Source of the DNA: a virus
Lineage: Duplodnaviria; Heunggongvirae; Uroviricota; Caudoviricetes
DNA: 62,508 nucleotides
Direction: 5' to 3' (one strand)
Virus record (IMG/VR): IMGVR_UViG_3300014208_000001
Location: 293,318-355,825 of that record
The translations under genes and the position numbers were made by a program. A model generated the notes under the pieces. That model did no database searches and was not told the origin of the DNA. It worked only from the letters and a program-made list of their open reading frames with translations. Below are positions 40,666 to 52,866 of the stretch, in pieces. Position 1 is the first letter of the stretch. Every line of letters starts with the position of its first letter.

Positions 40666-41033
40666 TGTACATCAATCAACTGTATGAATTGGTCACCACC
40701 AAAAGGTGCACAAACGCACTTATATCCAACCGATGAAATTATCGACAACATTCCTTTAGCCGCTGGATGATTAAAACTATGAACAACAAACATATCAACT
40801 GACGGTTTATTTTCACTTATCCATCTAGCAACTGTAGTACCTGTATTATGGTTGCTAGTGTCAACGAATATTTCACCACCAAGATCATGATCTAAAAACA
40901 CAATATGCCAATGTTTAGAATCCAATTGATTGATACATTCGTCTGCTGTTTCAACTGTATCAGCAAATGGCACTTTACTTATAAATTTCTTAGTGCGACT
41001 CATATCATCGTCAAGAAACAAAACATCAATCAC
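40650..41033 (-). CDS. cyclic-phosphate-processing receiver-like domain protein
   Basis: LFLDDD, FLDHDLG, TG..VA.W and VHSFN motifs. Confidence 0.75.
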   Translation of the reverse strand: MIDVLFLDDDMSRTKKFISKVPFADTVETADECINQLDSKHWHIVFLDHDLGGEIFVDTSNHNTGTTVARWISENKPSVDMFVVHSFNHPAAKGMLSIISSVGYKCVCAPFGGDQFIQLIDVHCGEE

Positions 41034-41821
41034 AAGTTCACCTCTGGGTTATATGACAAAGCACCAACATGTTTTTGTAATAACGATGGTAAAATACAAC
41101 CATGATCGACTAACGTATAAAATGGCTCTAAAATTTGATGTGCGTATTCTGGGTCAATTTGCTCGCCAGCATTTAATCGATTTAGCAAATTAATGCTTTT
41201 TGCTTTTCTTTCTTGATAGTTCGAATTTGTAATATAAAATGAATCGGCATGATTTATCATTTTTTGCAAAATATTTTTAAGAAATACATACCCAGCATGA
41301 TATACTAGTATATTACTATATGTCGCCGATGTTATTTCGCCTCCGAAATTATATCCATCAGTGATTGACCTAATACCTTTTTTGTTTTTAATTATGCGTA
41401 TAGCATGTTCATAAGCGTTTGATTGTATCTTTTTAAGCATAGTATATCTTAAATGTGCAAATTGCATATAAATAGCATCATATCCATCATTTATTAATGA
41501 TTTTACTTTATCATATTCACATTCATGTATGATTTCATCAGATTGTAAGTAGAATATATATTCTCCAGTGCATTTATCTAATCCATCATTAGTTATATCA
41601 GCGAATTTAGTACCATCAGAACAATTACCCCAATCATATGAATAAATTTTGAATTTATCATTTTTAATGCGATTAATATAATCAATCGTTCCGTCTGTTG
41701 AATTGCCTTCACATATTATTATTTCATCGCATATAGCATCTAGACATTTTAATGTCTCTACAAATGTGTATCCGCATGTTATGCCGTTTTTTAATATCGT
41801 CAACCCACTTATTTTAGGCAT
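41030..41821 (-). CDS. glycosyltransferase family 2
   Basis: DEIII..G.S.DGT; CTGEYIFYLQSDE. Confidence 0.85.
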   Translation of the reverse strand: MPKISGLTILKNGITCGYTFVETLKCLDAICDEIIICEGNSTDGTIDYINRIKNDKFKIYSYDWGNCSDGTKFADITNDGLDKCTGEYIFYLQSDEIIHECEYDKVKSLINDGYDAIYMQFAHLRYTMLKKIQSNAYEHAIRIIKNKKGIRSITDGYNFGGEITSATYSNILVYHAGYVFLKNILQKMINHADSFYITNSNYQERKAKSINLLNRLNAGEQIDPEYAHQILEPFYTLVDHGCILPSLLQKHVGALSYNPEVNL

Positions 41822-42737
41822 TTTCCACCGTTTTATACCATTCGATCGTTTTCTTTAACCCGTCCTTTAGTTTTGTTTTAGCTATGAAACCCAACATACT
41901 TGTTGCCTTGGAAACGTCAAGGCAACGTCTCGGTTGGCCATCTGGCATATTAAAGTTCCACGAAATTTTTCTATTAAATCCCATCAATTCACATATTATA
42001 GAAATAAGATCTCTAATCGAAATTTCAACGCCAGATCCTATATTTATGAATTCTGGGTCATCTAATTTTTCTAATGCGGTTATAACAGCTTCACAAAAAT
42101 CAGGAGCATACAAAAATTCTCTAGTTGCACTACCAGTACCCCACAATTCTATATCAGTATCATTATTAATCGCATCATCAACTTTTCTAATCATAGCTGG
42201 AATAACATGAGAATTTTCTAAATCAAAATGATCATATGGTCCATACATATTAACTGGAATTAAATTACATACTGATAATTTATGCTGCTTATAAAATGCC
42301 TGTGCACCATATAACGCATTTAATTTAGCGACCCCATAATTTGCATTAGTTGGTTCAGGTGCCCCATAATTCATCAAATATTCTTCTTTGAATGGTGGAG
42401 GACAATCTTTGGCATAACTACAAGCAGTACCAACAATAACTATTTTCTTTAAATCACATTCTAAAGCGGCTTCTAAAACCGCTGCAGATATTTTAGTTGA
42501 TGCTAGCCACAAATCAGCTGGGCGTTTTCTATTTAATCCGATACCACCACATTCAGCGGCCAAATTAACAACATGATCGATATTATTAGAAATAATCCAC
42601 TTAATAATATCATCTTTATTAGTGGCGTCAACACCTAATCTCCTTGATGTAGAAACATGTTCTATTCCATGTTCAACACAATATTGAATCAAATTTTGAC
42701 CAACGAAACCAGTACCACCAAGAATGCCAATTTTCAT
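41814..42737 (-). CDS. fcl: GDP-L-fucose synthase
   Basis: GGTGFVG, LAA.CGGIG.N, YGVAK, N.YGP.D.FD...SHVIPA, WGTG...REFLY and PDGQPRR motifs; GGAGG RBS. Confidence 0.92.
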   Translation of the reverse strand: MKIGILGGTGFVGQNLIQYCVEHGIEHVSTSRRLGVDATNKDDIIKWIISNNIDHVVNLAAECGGIGLNRKRPADLWLASTKISAAVLEAALECDLKKIVIVGTACSYAKDCPPPFKEEYLMNYGAPEPTNANYGVAKLNALYGAQAFYKQHKLSVCNLIPVNMYGPYDHFDLENSHVIPAMIRKVDDAINNDTDIELWGTGSATREFLYAPDFCEAVITALEKLDDPEFINIGSGVEISIRDLISIICELMGFNRKISWNFNMPDGQPRRCLDVSKATSMLGFIAKTKLKDGLKKTIEWYKTVENA

Positions 42738-42832
42738 AAAATATCCTCCGTGAAATATATACACAATTCTAAAGTATTAAAAATCATAAACTAACGTACA
42801 TGAATTTACCAAAATATTAACTAAAGAAAAAC

Positions 42833-43219
42833 ATGAGAACGGGCATAACACGAAAGGCAAAAGAAATGTCGTGGTTGCGTGCTGCCCTAAAAACACAATT
42901 AGACAAAGCTGTACCATTAGATAGTACATGCTTTATAACATTACAAGAATACTGCGCAGAAAATTCCAAAAACACTCAAATCACACCAGCTATAATTAAA
43001 AGCTATCAAAAAAGCCAACAATATTATTCAGGTAGACAAAAACAAATAGGTGATATACAATTATATGTATTAATACCATCAAACACAATAAAATGTTTAC
43101 ATATCATATCATTATGTGAAAATGAAATCGATGAATATGAAGACAAATATGAACTATGTAAAAACGGCAAAAGTATTATGCCAATAATACAAATTAAACA
43201 TTGTCCCAATTCATTCTAG
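42833..43219 (+). CDS. hypothetical protein
   Basis: 128-aa ORF. Confidence 0.5.
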   Translation: MRTGITRKAKEMSWLRAALKTQLDKAVPLDSTCFITLQEYCAENSKNTQITPAIIKSYQKSQQYYSGRQKQIGDIQLYVLIPSNTIKCLHIISLCENEIDEYEDKYELCKNGKSIMPIIQIKHCPNSF

Positions 43220-46200
43220 CTGGCAAAATACCACGCTTGGTTTGTAAATGAATTATAATCAATTCTCTAATCCTAACAGTATCAATTAATGTATTAATAG
43301 CCACTATAGATAAGCCAGTATAAATTTCAGTAGATTGACCAATAGCAACTAATTCAGTACCAGTATATTTATACGTCGTATATAATGATGGTTTAGCACT
43401 TTTAATAATCAATGTATCTTTAATAGTTGCATTATATCCATTGATTTTAGTATTTGGATCGATTAAATCACGCTCATAAGTTAAAAACTTAGCGATATTT
43501 GACGATGGTGTCAATGTTCTCTTAAATTCACTATCAACTTCAAAAGTATCAGATGGTACATTCAAATCATACTCATATGGACCACCACCGACATATTCTA
43601 GAGGAACATCACTACACGATAATGTAGAGGTATCAGTTCCTAATAAATCAAACGCACCACGCCCTTCACCAAATATTATCGTGTACGGTCCACCAGGAAC
43701 TCCAATACCGCCATCGTCACCAAAAACCATAATACCAGCATTCCTAAATACTAACATATTAGTTAATACAGCTTGTAAATAGCTAGCACTTTCATTATAT
43801 TGAATATAATCTGAATATTCATCATCATAGATAAATCGATACGTTCCAGACTTAGTATTGTTTATTGAAACACGTTGTATCTCTTGGTTTCCAGAAACAC
43901 CATTGACTTTAACTTTTGGAACGATAGTTGCACCCAATAACCCAGTAGCATTACTCGTCATTAATGGATGATTGGTTCTACCTAAATCATTAATAAATTC
44001 AACGTCATAAACATTAGCACTTGATAATACAACAGAAACATTAGCACCAATACAAGTCAACGCTTCTAGTGCTGATTGAACATCAGCAGCACTAGCACCA
44101 AAATGAATAGGTGATGTAGTACATTCATCATATGACAATGTAAAACTACCACCTTTACCTTTACTAATATCGATACGTTGCTTTTCATTAATACCAACAC
44201 CACCCTGCCATAAAGTGGTGACAATACCTTCTGGTTCTTGAGTACTAGCAATAACCAATAAAGAGCTAGATGCCATAACACTAAAATAATGTCCATTTCT
44301 AGTATTATTAAATGCAATATCATCATTTTTTGGAGTATTATTAAACCATAATAATGCTGGCGGGTGCGTTTCGGTTGATATTCTAGTATCACTTAATGTT
44401 ACAAATCTGATCCTATGAAACGCATTATCATTGACTTCACCAGTCTGTGTCTTAATATAATCAAATACCTCTTCGACAGCAGCTTTATAATCATTTATAT
44501 CACTAGTGCTTGGGGTAACGCCAGCAGGAAATAATCTAAATTTTCTAGTCCCATTAAATACAAATCCAGACACAGTAGGTGATTTGATCACAAAATAAGA
44601 AAATAATGGGCGAACACCCAAATTACTGGACCTAACGGTCAAAGCTGTAGTGATTAACCCATTATCATCTTCATACCCTGAATCATATGAATCAGCAACA
44701 CTAGTTTCATATGTAAATGTAACATTAAATTTATTAATTCTATTACTAGCATCACTAATATCAATACTAGATAGGCTTATTGGATTATTAAATGAATCTA
44801 ATAAAACATTATTAGTACCCAACCGTATAACAGGTGCATTATAAAAATCAGTTCGTATATCTAAATACAATTCTGGGTAATTTAATATATTACCCACATT
44901 TAACGTTATTGGGACACCTGATACATTACCTTCTGATGTGCTATGTCGTATTTTATCACGCCATGGATAAAATTTAGCCTTAAACACTGCAGTTTTAACA
45001 TATGAAGTTATTATTTGACCCAAATACCCAAATTCAGCCGTAATACCACTATCTGGATAATCTGGGTTACAATTATCAATAGTATAATTAAATTTTGCCG
45101 CTATAGAACGACCGATACTAGAAGCGGCTAACGCACCCAATTTAAATAACGCTACACCACCAGCGGTAGGACTTGTTGAATTGGATGCCGGTCTATAACC
45201 AAGATTAGCGATAAAATGTGAATCTGCAGCCCCAGACTCATCAATCGACGTATAAATATTAGTACTTGACATTGTCTCAGTAAAGAAGCCATAACCTGGT
45301 ATACCATTAGCTGATGCATCAGCGGTTGGATATAATGTTGTGGTTACTATTGATCCAAAAGCTAATTTAACATCGATTGGCGTCAAATTAGAAAAAAATG
45401 TATACGCATTAGATATAGTATAAATAACTAATTCATCAACGTTTTGACCTTTCAAATCTCCAACGAAATCAACATCCCATGGCCCAGAATGATTTATAGT
45501 GCTATTATTGCCATATCCATTAGGTGCTGTAACAATAATATTACCTTCGCCAAGTAATCCTTCAAGAGCTTTACGCATTTGAAGATTACTTGGGGTTAAT
45601 AATACTTGCGTTTCTAAAGTGTTATAACTAACTCTAAAACTAATACCATTAGGAACCTCTAAACGTTGACGTTCATTATATGATCCCTGAGTTAATTCAC
45701 TTATCTTTATAGGAACTAAACCACTTAATTTATCACCATTAACACTAACTAATGGTAAATCTTGACCACCAAGATTATTAATAAATGTTATAAAATATGG
45801 ACTAGATACGCTACCTGTGCCAGTAACGCTAACATTACCCACAGCTATACTATCTAAAGCAGCTAACGCATTTTCAATATCTTGAGCAACAGCACCTAAC
45901 CCAATATCGACAGTAGTATCATTTAAGAATGTAATAGTAAATGATCCGCCAGTAGCGCCCGGTATACTAAAATATTGTATTTCATTTACGCCATACCCAC
46001 GTTGAATTCTAAGCACATTAATTGACGGAACACACGGAGCACTATAGAATCCGACCATATCCACTTTAAATTTAGAAATTGACGTATCAATCGAACTTTG
46101 GTATACATCAGATGAATTAACTGTTATTTGATCTAAACCATTATTTGCTAAAACATCCAAATTAAACGTTGCTATTTTCTTCCAAACAGCTAAATTAGCA

Positions 46201-46988
46201 TCACCATCATCAAATGATGATGTAGGGAAATTTTTACTGAAAAACGTATATTGACCATTACGCTTATACTTTAAATCAATAACCAATGAAGTATCATCAG
46301 ACCCATCTGTGCCATCAAATTCACCTATAGTATTCGCTAATGCACAAACAGTAACTGATTCAATGATACCTTCAGATGGCAAAGGAAATTCATCAAGTGT
46401 TAATGTTAAATAATCCTGCTTATCCAAATTATAAATAATATCAATATACGCATAACTTTTATTAGTAATTCTTTTGGTATCACCATCACTTATTAAAGCA
46501 ATTTCTGTCGGTTTAATGATATCATTAAACAAAGTATCAAAATCAGTCCTGGTGGTACGAGTGCTATTGTACCATGTAGTACTATATTCAATATTTGGCC
46601 TATTAAGTACTTTATAGCCATTAACTAATAATGGCATTGTTCTAGTTTTGGTTACATCTAATGGATTACGAACAACATATTGAACGCATAATGCGTATAT
46701 GGCAATATTTTTATTTGGTATATCAGACCAATGTAATGTTATTGCTGGATTTTTAATTTCACAAGAATTATATACAGGCTCGGTTGGTATTATTTGCGGT
46801 GTTTTAACAGACAGAGAATATTTAAGTAGTTGAGGACTAGTAGTCGTGGCACAGTCTTCTGAAGTATAATCAATATATGTATAATCTGGTATTGCTTCAG
46901 TTGTTTTTTGGTTTACTGTTATTATTTCTGTATATGTAGTTTGACTTATTTCTGAATTAAATGCTATAGATTCATATCCATCAGCCAT
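43194..46988 (-). CDS. large virion structural/tail-associated protein with four NE.Q...GG.F...ALEAL..G.NV.V...Y.V.F repeats
   Basis: 1264 aa, S/T/G/N-rich; two pairs of roughly 100-aa repeats flank a unique segment. Confidence 0.65.
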   Translation of the reverse strand: MADGYESIAFNSEISQTTYTEIITVNQKTTEAIPDYTYIDYTSEDCATTTSPQLLKYSLSVKTPQIIPTEPVYNSCEIKNPAITLHWSDIPNKNIAIYALCVQYVVRNPLDVTKTRTMPLLVNGYKVLNRPNIEYSTTWYNSTRTTRTDFDTLFNDIIKPTEIALISDGDTKRITNKSYAYIDIIYNLDKQDYLTLTLDEFPLPSEGIIESVTVCALANTIGEFDGTDGSDDTSLVIDLKYKRNGQYTFFSKNFPTSSFDDGDANLAVWKKIATFNLDVLANNGLDQITVNSSDVYQSSIDTSISKFKVDMVGFYSAPCVPSINVLRIQRGYGVNEIQYFSIPGATGGSFTITFLNDTTVDIGLGAVAQDIENALAALDSIAVGNVSVTGTGSVSSPYFITFINNLGGQDLPLVSVNGDKLSGLVPIKISELTQGSYNERQRLEVPNGISFRVSYNTLETQVLLTPSNLQMRKALEGLLGEGNIIVTAPNGYGNNSTINHSGPWDVDFVGDLKGQNVDELVIYTISNAYTFFSNLTPIDVKLAFGSIVTTTLYPTADASANGIPGYGFFTETMSSTNIYTSIDESGAADSHFIANLGYRPASNSTSPTAGGVALFKLGALAASSIGRSIAAKFNYTIDNCNPDYPDSGITAEFGYLGQIITSYVKTAVFKAKFYPWRDKIRHSTSEGNVSGVPITLNVGNILNYPELYLDIRTDFYNAPVIRLGTNNVLLDSFNNPISLSSIDISDASNRINKFNVTFTYETSVADSYDSGYEDDNGLITTALTVRSSNLGVRPLFSYFVIKSPTVSGFVFNGTRKFRLFPAGVTPSTSDINDYKAAVEEVFDYIKTQTGEVNDNAFHRIRFVTLSDTRISTETHPPALLWFNNTPKNDDIAFNNTRNGHYFSVMASSSLLVIASTQEPEGIVTTLWQGGVGINEKQRIDISKGKGGSFTLSYDECTTSPIHFGASAADVQSALEALTCIGANVSVVLSSANVYDVEFINDLGRTNHPLMTSNATGLLGATIVPKVKVNGVSGNQEIQRVSINNTKSGTYRFIYDDEYSDYIQYNESASYLQAVLTNMLVFRNAGIMVFGDDGGIGVPGGPYTIIFGEGRGAFDLLGTDTSTLSCSDVPLEYVGGGPYEYDLNVPSDTFEVDSEFKRTLTPSSNIAKFLTYERDLIDPNTKINGYNATIKDTLIIKSAKPSLYTTYKYTGTELVAIGQSTEIYTGLSIVAINTLIDTVRIRELIIIHLQTKRGILPARMNWDNV

Positions 46989-47461
46989 TATATTCCACTC
47001 ACATGAGTTGTTTTTGTATTCTCTATCATTTGTTGTGTTAAATCACTTATATCTTGTATCTCTTTAGCTAATTCAGTAGCTCTCTCAACCATTAATTTTG
47101 AATATTTTTCTACTTGTGCTTCATAATTATATTTGGCAAGTATGAATTGATCTAACTCCTTAATTTTAGTGATAGTTTTCAATAATTCATTGAGATATAC
47201 TTGATCTTCAGTATCCCACTTTTCATGTAAAATTGGACATGCCGTCTCTTTTAAACAATATACATATGCAGCATATTCAACTGTAGCCTTAACCAATGTA
47301 TCCCATTCATCATCGCTAATTTGCATTTTCAATGATGCTAATGTACCATCATAATAACGGATTTCTTCCTCAAGAACGAATACAGTACATTTAGAACGTC
47401 TCTTTCTAGACATTAATTTCACCTGTCCCATCGCATTTAGCACAAAGTTGTGATTTACCAC
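46988..47461 (-). CDS. hypothetical protein
   Basis: helical ORF; start probably internal (MSRKRR). Confidence 0.55.
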   Translation of the reverse strand: MVNHNFVLNAMGQVKLMSRKRRSKCTVFVLEEEIRYYDGTLASLKMQISDDEWDTLVKATVEYAAYVYCLKETACPILHEKWDTEDQVYLNELLKTITKIKELDQFILAKYNYEAQVEKYSKLMVERATELAKEIQDISDLTQQMIENTKTTHVSGI

Positions 47462-48119
47462 GATTAATTAGAGAGCCTTTACCGCCACACATTGGGCAAG
47501 TTTTGGTTTTATATCCATCACCTTCAGCGAATGATGTAATATTATCATTCATAGAATTATTCGCTATTTGTTTAAATCTGCGTTGCATAGTATTATCATC
47601 CATAACATTATTTATGCGTATAGTAGTTGTACCAGTTTGGTCGATTTTTTGAGCTGGGATCACCATGTCTATGCCACGTATATTAACTATTTCAGGTTTT
47701 GCTTTGCCTGGGCCTAAAGCAGATGTATCATATGCATTACCACCATCAGCACCAGCAGAATTATTCACTCTTATATTCATTCGAGCATTATCAAAAATTT
47801 TAGAATCAACTAATTCGCTATCAATATTTTCAGATATCACCTCAGTTTGCTGTACAGGCGCAGCTTTACGCGGCGCATCAATAACCAATCCGGATTGAGT
47901 AGTCGTTAAATCGAATCCCAATAATTTAGCTTGTTCCAACAAATCATTTAATTTCTTCTTGCGGTCTAAAAATGCCTCTTTGGCTTTCTTGGGTGTTGTG
48001 TCTTCGGCATGTTCATCGCATAAATATATCAATGCCTTTTCATTGTCTTCCAATGCAAGGGTCATAGTATTGTTTAAATTCTGTTGCGTATTGCAAATGA
48101 TGCAAGAATTCGATGCCAT
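47406..48119 (-). CDS. Zn-finger protein with DnaJ-type CxxCxGxG pair at the C-terminus
   Basis: CIIC..CDEH; CPMCGGKG...CAKCDGTG; AAGGAG RBS. Confidence 0.65.
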   Translation of the reverse strand: MASNSCIICNTQQNLNNTMTLALEDNEKALIYLCDEHAEDTTPKKAKEAFLDRKKKLNDLLEQAKLLGFDLTTTQSGLVIDAPRKAAPVQQTEVISENIDSELVDSKIFDNARMNIRVNNSAGADGGNAYDTSALGPGKAKPEIVNIRGIDMVIPAQKIDQTGTTTIRINNVMDDNTMQRRFKQIANNSMNDNITSFAEGDGYKTKTCPMCGGKGSLINRGKSQLCAKCDGTGEINV

Positions 48120-48155
48120 AATGCGTCTCCTTAAAATTATTTACTGGATAATTTA

Positions 48156-48889
48156 ATGCAAAAGTTCACAATCATCGACGTTGATTTAGGATATAATGTA
48201 GACCAAATAATAAACGAAGATATAGTAGAAATAACTTCAAAAATGAAAGAAGACATAGATTCAGCTATAACAGTATCAAAAGCCACCCAACAAGTTAGAG
48301 ACTCAAAAAAAATAAAAGAAGACAAAGCAGACCATATCCTAAATACACTATATGAACAATTAATAGACCCACAAAATATAGATCATAAATTACAACTTGA
48401 TCATATAACAAAAGAAATAGACGGAGCAATAGCAAACGTAGGAGCATTCGTCACACGGATGAAAACACTGTTAAGAAATAAAGGTGGCATTTACATGATC
48501 CTCAAAAAGAAAATAAATGGGGAACAATGTTACTGCCTTGAACAAATCGACGAAATAAAATGAACCCAAAATTTCTACATTTCAGCACAGGATCACTAGG
48601 ACAAGACCCATACATCATTGTTGATTGCAACGGTACTAAATATAAATACGATTTCCCAGAACAATTACTAGCAAAATCGATATTCACTTACGGCCAAAGA
48701 GCACCAAACAAAGCACTACAAAAACTCAAACTATTAACAGACAAAAACCTTATCAAATACACAAACATCAGTAAACCGCCAACACCGCCAACACCAAAAA
48801 CAATAGACTGTTTAACACCACCATCAAACACAACCAAATTATCACTACCACCATACAAAAAAGAACAGAAAACACTAGACTTTGTGTGA
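48156..48889 (+). other. two hypothetical CDS (48156-48563, 48560-48889)
   Basis: ATGA-coupled ORFs. Confidence 0.55.
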
Positions 48890-49403
48890 AATATTACGCG
48901 CAATAGAATCACACATATGGAACTTTTTGCCATTAATAACTGAAACATATAGAAATAAAACTACACTAGTAGTATATCATTTATATTCAGAAATACACAT
49001 AGTACTATCAGACAAAACCATACAAATACATAAACTAAATATCGAAATAGACTTATTAGACCCAAAATTATTCGAAAAAATAGAAACAGCATTCATGACA
49101 CACGTACCATGGCTTAAAACCAAATGAGCGACATCATATCAATAATATATGACCATATATACCCTCAATTATTCACCAAAAACAATGATATATATGATAT
49201 AATATTAGAAGACAATGATATTGAAATATATACAAAATTCAAAAAAGGACCGCTATTAACCATATCAGTCTCAGATACCTCACTAAAATTATTAAACTGT
49301 AACATAACATTAAATTTACACGACGATAATCTATTCCAAGAATTAACAAACCAAATATCAATATTAAAACAATGGCACAACACCACATTCATGACATAAA
49401 ACA

Positions 49404-50165
49404 ATGACACAATTAACATGGATACTACAAACAGATATATTCACAGAATACGAAAAAGAATTACAACATATAATAACCACACAACAACACAATTTAATAC
49501 TCACACACAGAACAACCAAACCGCCACCAATAAATGACCCAGCGATATTTTACGGATCACTTAATTACTTCACAAAAATACCAAACAACCCAGGCATCTA
49601 CTATAATAACATATTATTCTCATGCGCATCATACTACCCACTATTTAAAGAATTATTAAATATAAATTATATTATGCTACCATATGGCGATCTACTACGT
49701 AATAAATCACTAATATTTAATATATTTAATAATGAAATCTTTATAAGACCAAATTCACCATCTAAAATATTCACAGGATTTTCAATACACAAAAACGACT
49801 TTGAAAAAGAAATATCATATTTAAACATAGACAGACACACATTAATCTTAATCGCACAACACCAACAAATACAAGAAGAATATAGATTCATAATAATCAA
49901 CAATAAAATCATAACACATAGCGGATATTCATGGAATGATACAACCCCACATGTGCCACAAGCAGCAATAGATTTTACATCCGCATTACTAAATAGATTC
50001 GATTATAAAAATTATGTAATGGATATTTGCAAAGTAAATGATCAATTTTACTTATTAGAATTAAATTGCATTAATAGTTCTGGATTATACGACTGCGACC
50101 TAACAAAATTTGTTTTCGAATTATCAAAAATAGCACTAGAGGATTACAATGAGATATTTATTTGA
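49404..50165 (+). CDS. ATP-grasp protein (DUF4343/R2K-like)
   Basis: FIRP.S..K.FTG, EYRFII and YVMDIC......LELN..N.SGLY motifs. Confidence 0.82.
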   Translation: MTQLTWILQTDIFTEYEKELQHIITTQQHNLILTHRTTKPPPINDPAIFYGSLNYFTKIPNNPGIYYNNILFSCASYYPLFKELLNINYIMLPYGDLLRNKSLIFNIFNNEIFIRPNSPSKIFTGFSIHKNDFEKEISYLNIDRHTLILIAQHQQIQEEYRFIIINNKIITHSGYSWNDTTPHVPQAAIDFTSALLNRFDYKNYVMDICKVNDQFYLLELNCINSSGLYDCDLTKFVFELSKIALEDYNEIFI

Positions 50166-52566
50166 CACACACGATTCGATAATATATGATGAAACATTTA
50201 CTGAATATGGATGTATCACATTTAATGAATTAGGTATGACATGTGATAACATACCATTTATAGTAAACCCAGTATACTTCGGCGAATTAATGTGTATCAT
50301 ACTAGATGATTTAAGAAACATTGAAGGATCACGATACTTATCAGCAGAATGCTATGACCATATCAATCAATATGTCGTATTAGATATCGTAAACAGAGTA
50401 TCAATAAATATAGCAACTAACATAACAATCAAAACAATCGATGACGATGATTATGATCGTGAAGAATATGTTACAATTAAAACATTTACTTTTGATGAAT
50501 TACAAAAATTAACAAAATATTTAAAAAATCATTTTAAACGATATTAAGTGTACTTTCATAAGCCCAAATTTGAATATAATCACATTTGACGCATACCCAA
50601 CCTGAACTAGTAGCTATTAATATTTCTCCGCACATACAAGTATATGGATGATATAGACCAGATTGTTGATATTCAGTCAACTTCTCAACAATCTCTTTAG
50701 ACCACGGCACGAATATTAATTCTGGGTCTTTCATGGTATCTCAAATGGATCTATATATTTTTGTATCTTAAAAATTTTACATAATATTCTAACTTCACCA
50801 CGAGTTGGTGGTATCGGTACATCAGCCAAATCACAATTATCAAAATATGGACAATATACTCCATTACGTATACAAGAGAAAAAATGATCAGTGCCGATTT
50901 CAGACACTAACCAATTTTCATCAATAAACATATCATTATCATTCACTTTAATATCTTCTGTATAATAAAACACGCCATACCAATTGGATCACTACTATTA
51001 ACCAAATTAATTTTAAATCCTCCACCAAATTCATCGATAATAATAATATCACTAAGCGTAATTGATATTTTACAAGTGACATCATCAAACATAATATCGA
51101 TATCATTATCTCTTATACTTACTACCTTATACCTACGTTTTAACTCTTCAAATAATACGTCTCTAATCTCACTCATATTAACCGATTGCATCAAAAACGC
51201 AAAAAGTAAACATGTACGCCATTGGAAATATAAGTGATAAATCAGGCAGAATATATAAATTATCTGATTCACTATATCCAATAGGAACCAACGCACTCAT
51301 ACCACAAACATACGAACCAATAAACAACGATTTATACGAAGTACTAATACATGATATAATAACATATATCGACAACGTAAAGCCAAAAATAATACATAAC
51401 CAAGCCACAACATTAAGTATACGACAAATGTGGCTAATAATAGAAAACACAACCACTATAGAAGTAGCACTAGATTCACTATCAAGAATTATCGTAATCA
51501 TAGATATAACAGCAACACATATCACAGTTACTATTGACAGATTCAGATTACAAACAATAGAAATATTAACTTATACAAGTGAAAAATTTATCAAAATAAT
51601 AGATGACCTTATAAATACCAAATTAGCAAGCACCATTTTGCTAACGGCTTCTAAGTAATTTATCGTGCAAAATACATGTTTTATACTGATAAACAGCATC
51701 ACGCAACACTTTAATAATAAAATCAATAGCATCAGGACTAATAATATCACTATGCCTATGTGATTTCCAACAATTTATATCATTAAACATTCTAATCACT
51801 GGTAACGATGGGAATACGAAAATATCAAAATTACTATCAGATATTCTCAAACTAATAATAGTATGCTTTAACATCGGACATGTTCTAGACATATCAACGT
51901 TAATAATATTTTTATTTTCATATGACGTATGAATAATATGTAAAAGTGAATACGAATTATCAATTTCGTCACATATATAATAACATTTAAAATCATCATC
52001 CAAGTCACGACACACATCTATCATAATCATTATCAAATCGGTTATATTATCAAATTTATGCTGCGGATACACAATAATCATTAAAAAACTCCTTCAAGTA
52101 TTTTACAAAACATTCAACTTATGTAAAAGAAAATAATGTGTAAATATTACGCCGACGAATGGGGCTCAATCAGCAAAACAAAGCAATTATATAACTCAGA
52201 ATTACCAGAAATACTATCATTATTCGTCGACGAAACACTAAAATTTTACGACAGTAAAGTATCATTCATTATGTACTACACAACCAACGAATTACGAATC
52301 TTCACATCAGATAGAAATATAGAAATACTTATTATGAATTCGGTTAAAATAATAATAAAACATGGAGAAGAATACATAATAAATATATCATTATTTGAAT
52401 ACACATCACAATTAACCCAACTATACACAATATACGCATTACTAAATCAACTACGATGCCCAGAAGTATTATTAATAAAGTCACTAATCAAGTACAAAAC
52501 AATATCAAACGCATACAATGTAATAACACAATTAAAAGACATCAAAAGCATAAAAGAAAAAGTAAA

Positions 52567-52866
52567 ATGACACACGAAGTAATCGACAGACAAAATTTCA
52601 TAACAGCCGCTGCTATAAAAAATATCCTACGTTTTGCAAACCAATTACAAAACGACCCAGAATTACTCAAAAGAAAAGAAATAAACAAGTGCAGATATTG
52701 CCACTATAATAAAGGAAAATTAACACTAAACGCATTCAAAGAATTCACTTGCGAATGCTGCAAAACAAACTTCATGCACCCAAATTACGTGCATCAAACA
52801 TTCTGCAAAAAATGTGCAGAAATTCTCAACGCCTGTAAAGAATGTGGAGCTAGCTTAAACATATGA
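52567..52866 (+). CDS. multi-CxxC zinc-finger protein
   Basis: CRYC, CECC, CKKC and CKEC motifs; ATG 52567. Confidence 0.65.
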   Translation: MTHEVIDRQNFITAAAIKNILRFANQLQNDPELLKRKEINKCRYCHYNKGKLTLNAFKEFTCECCKTNFMHPNYVHQTFCKKCAEILNACKECGASLNI

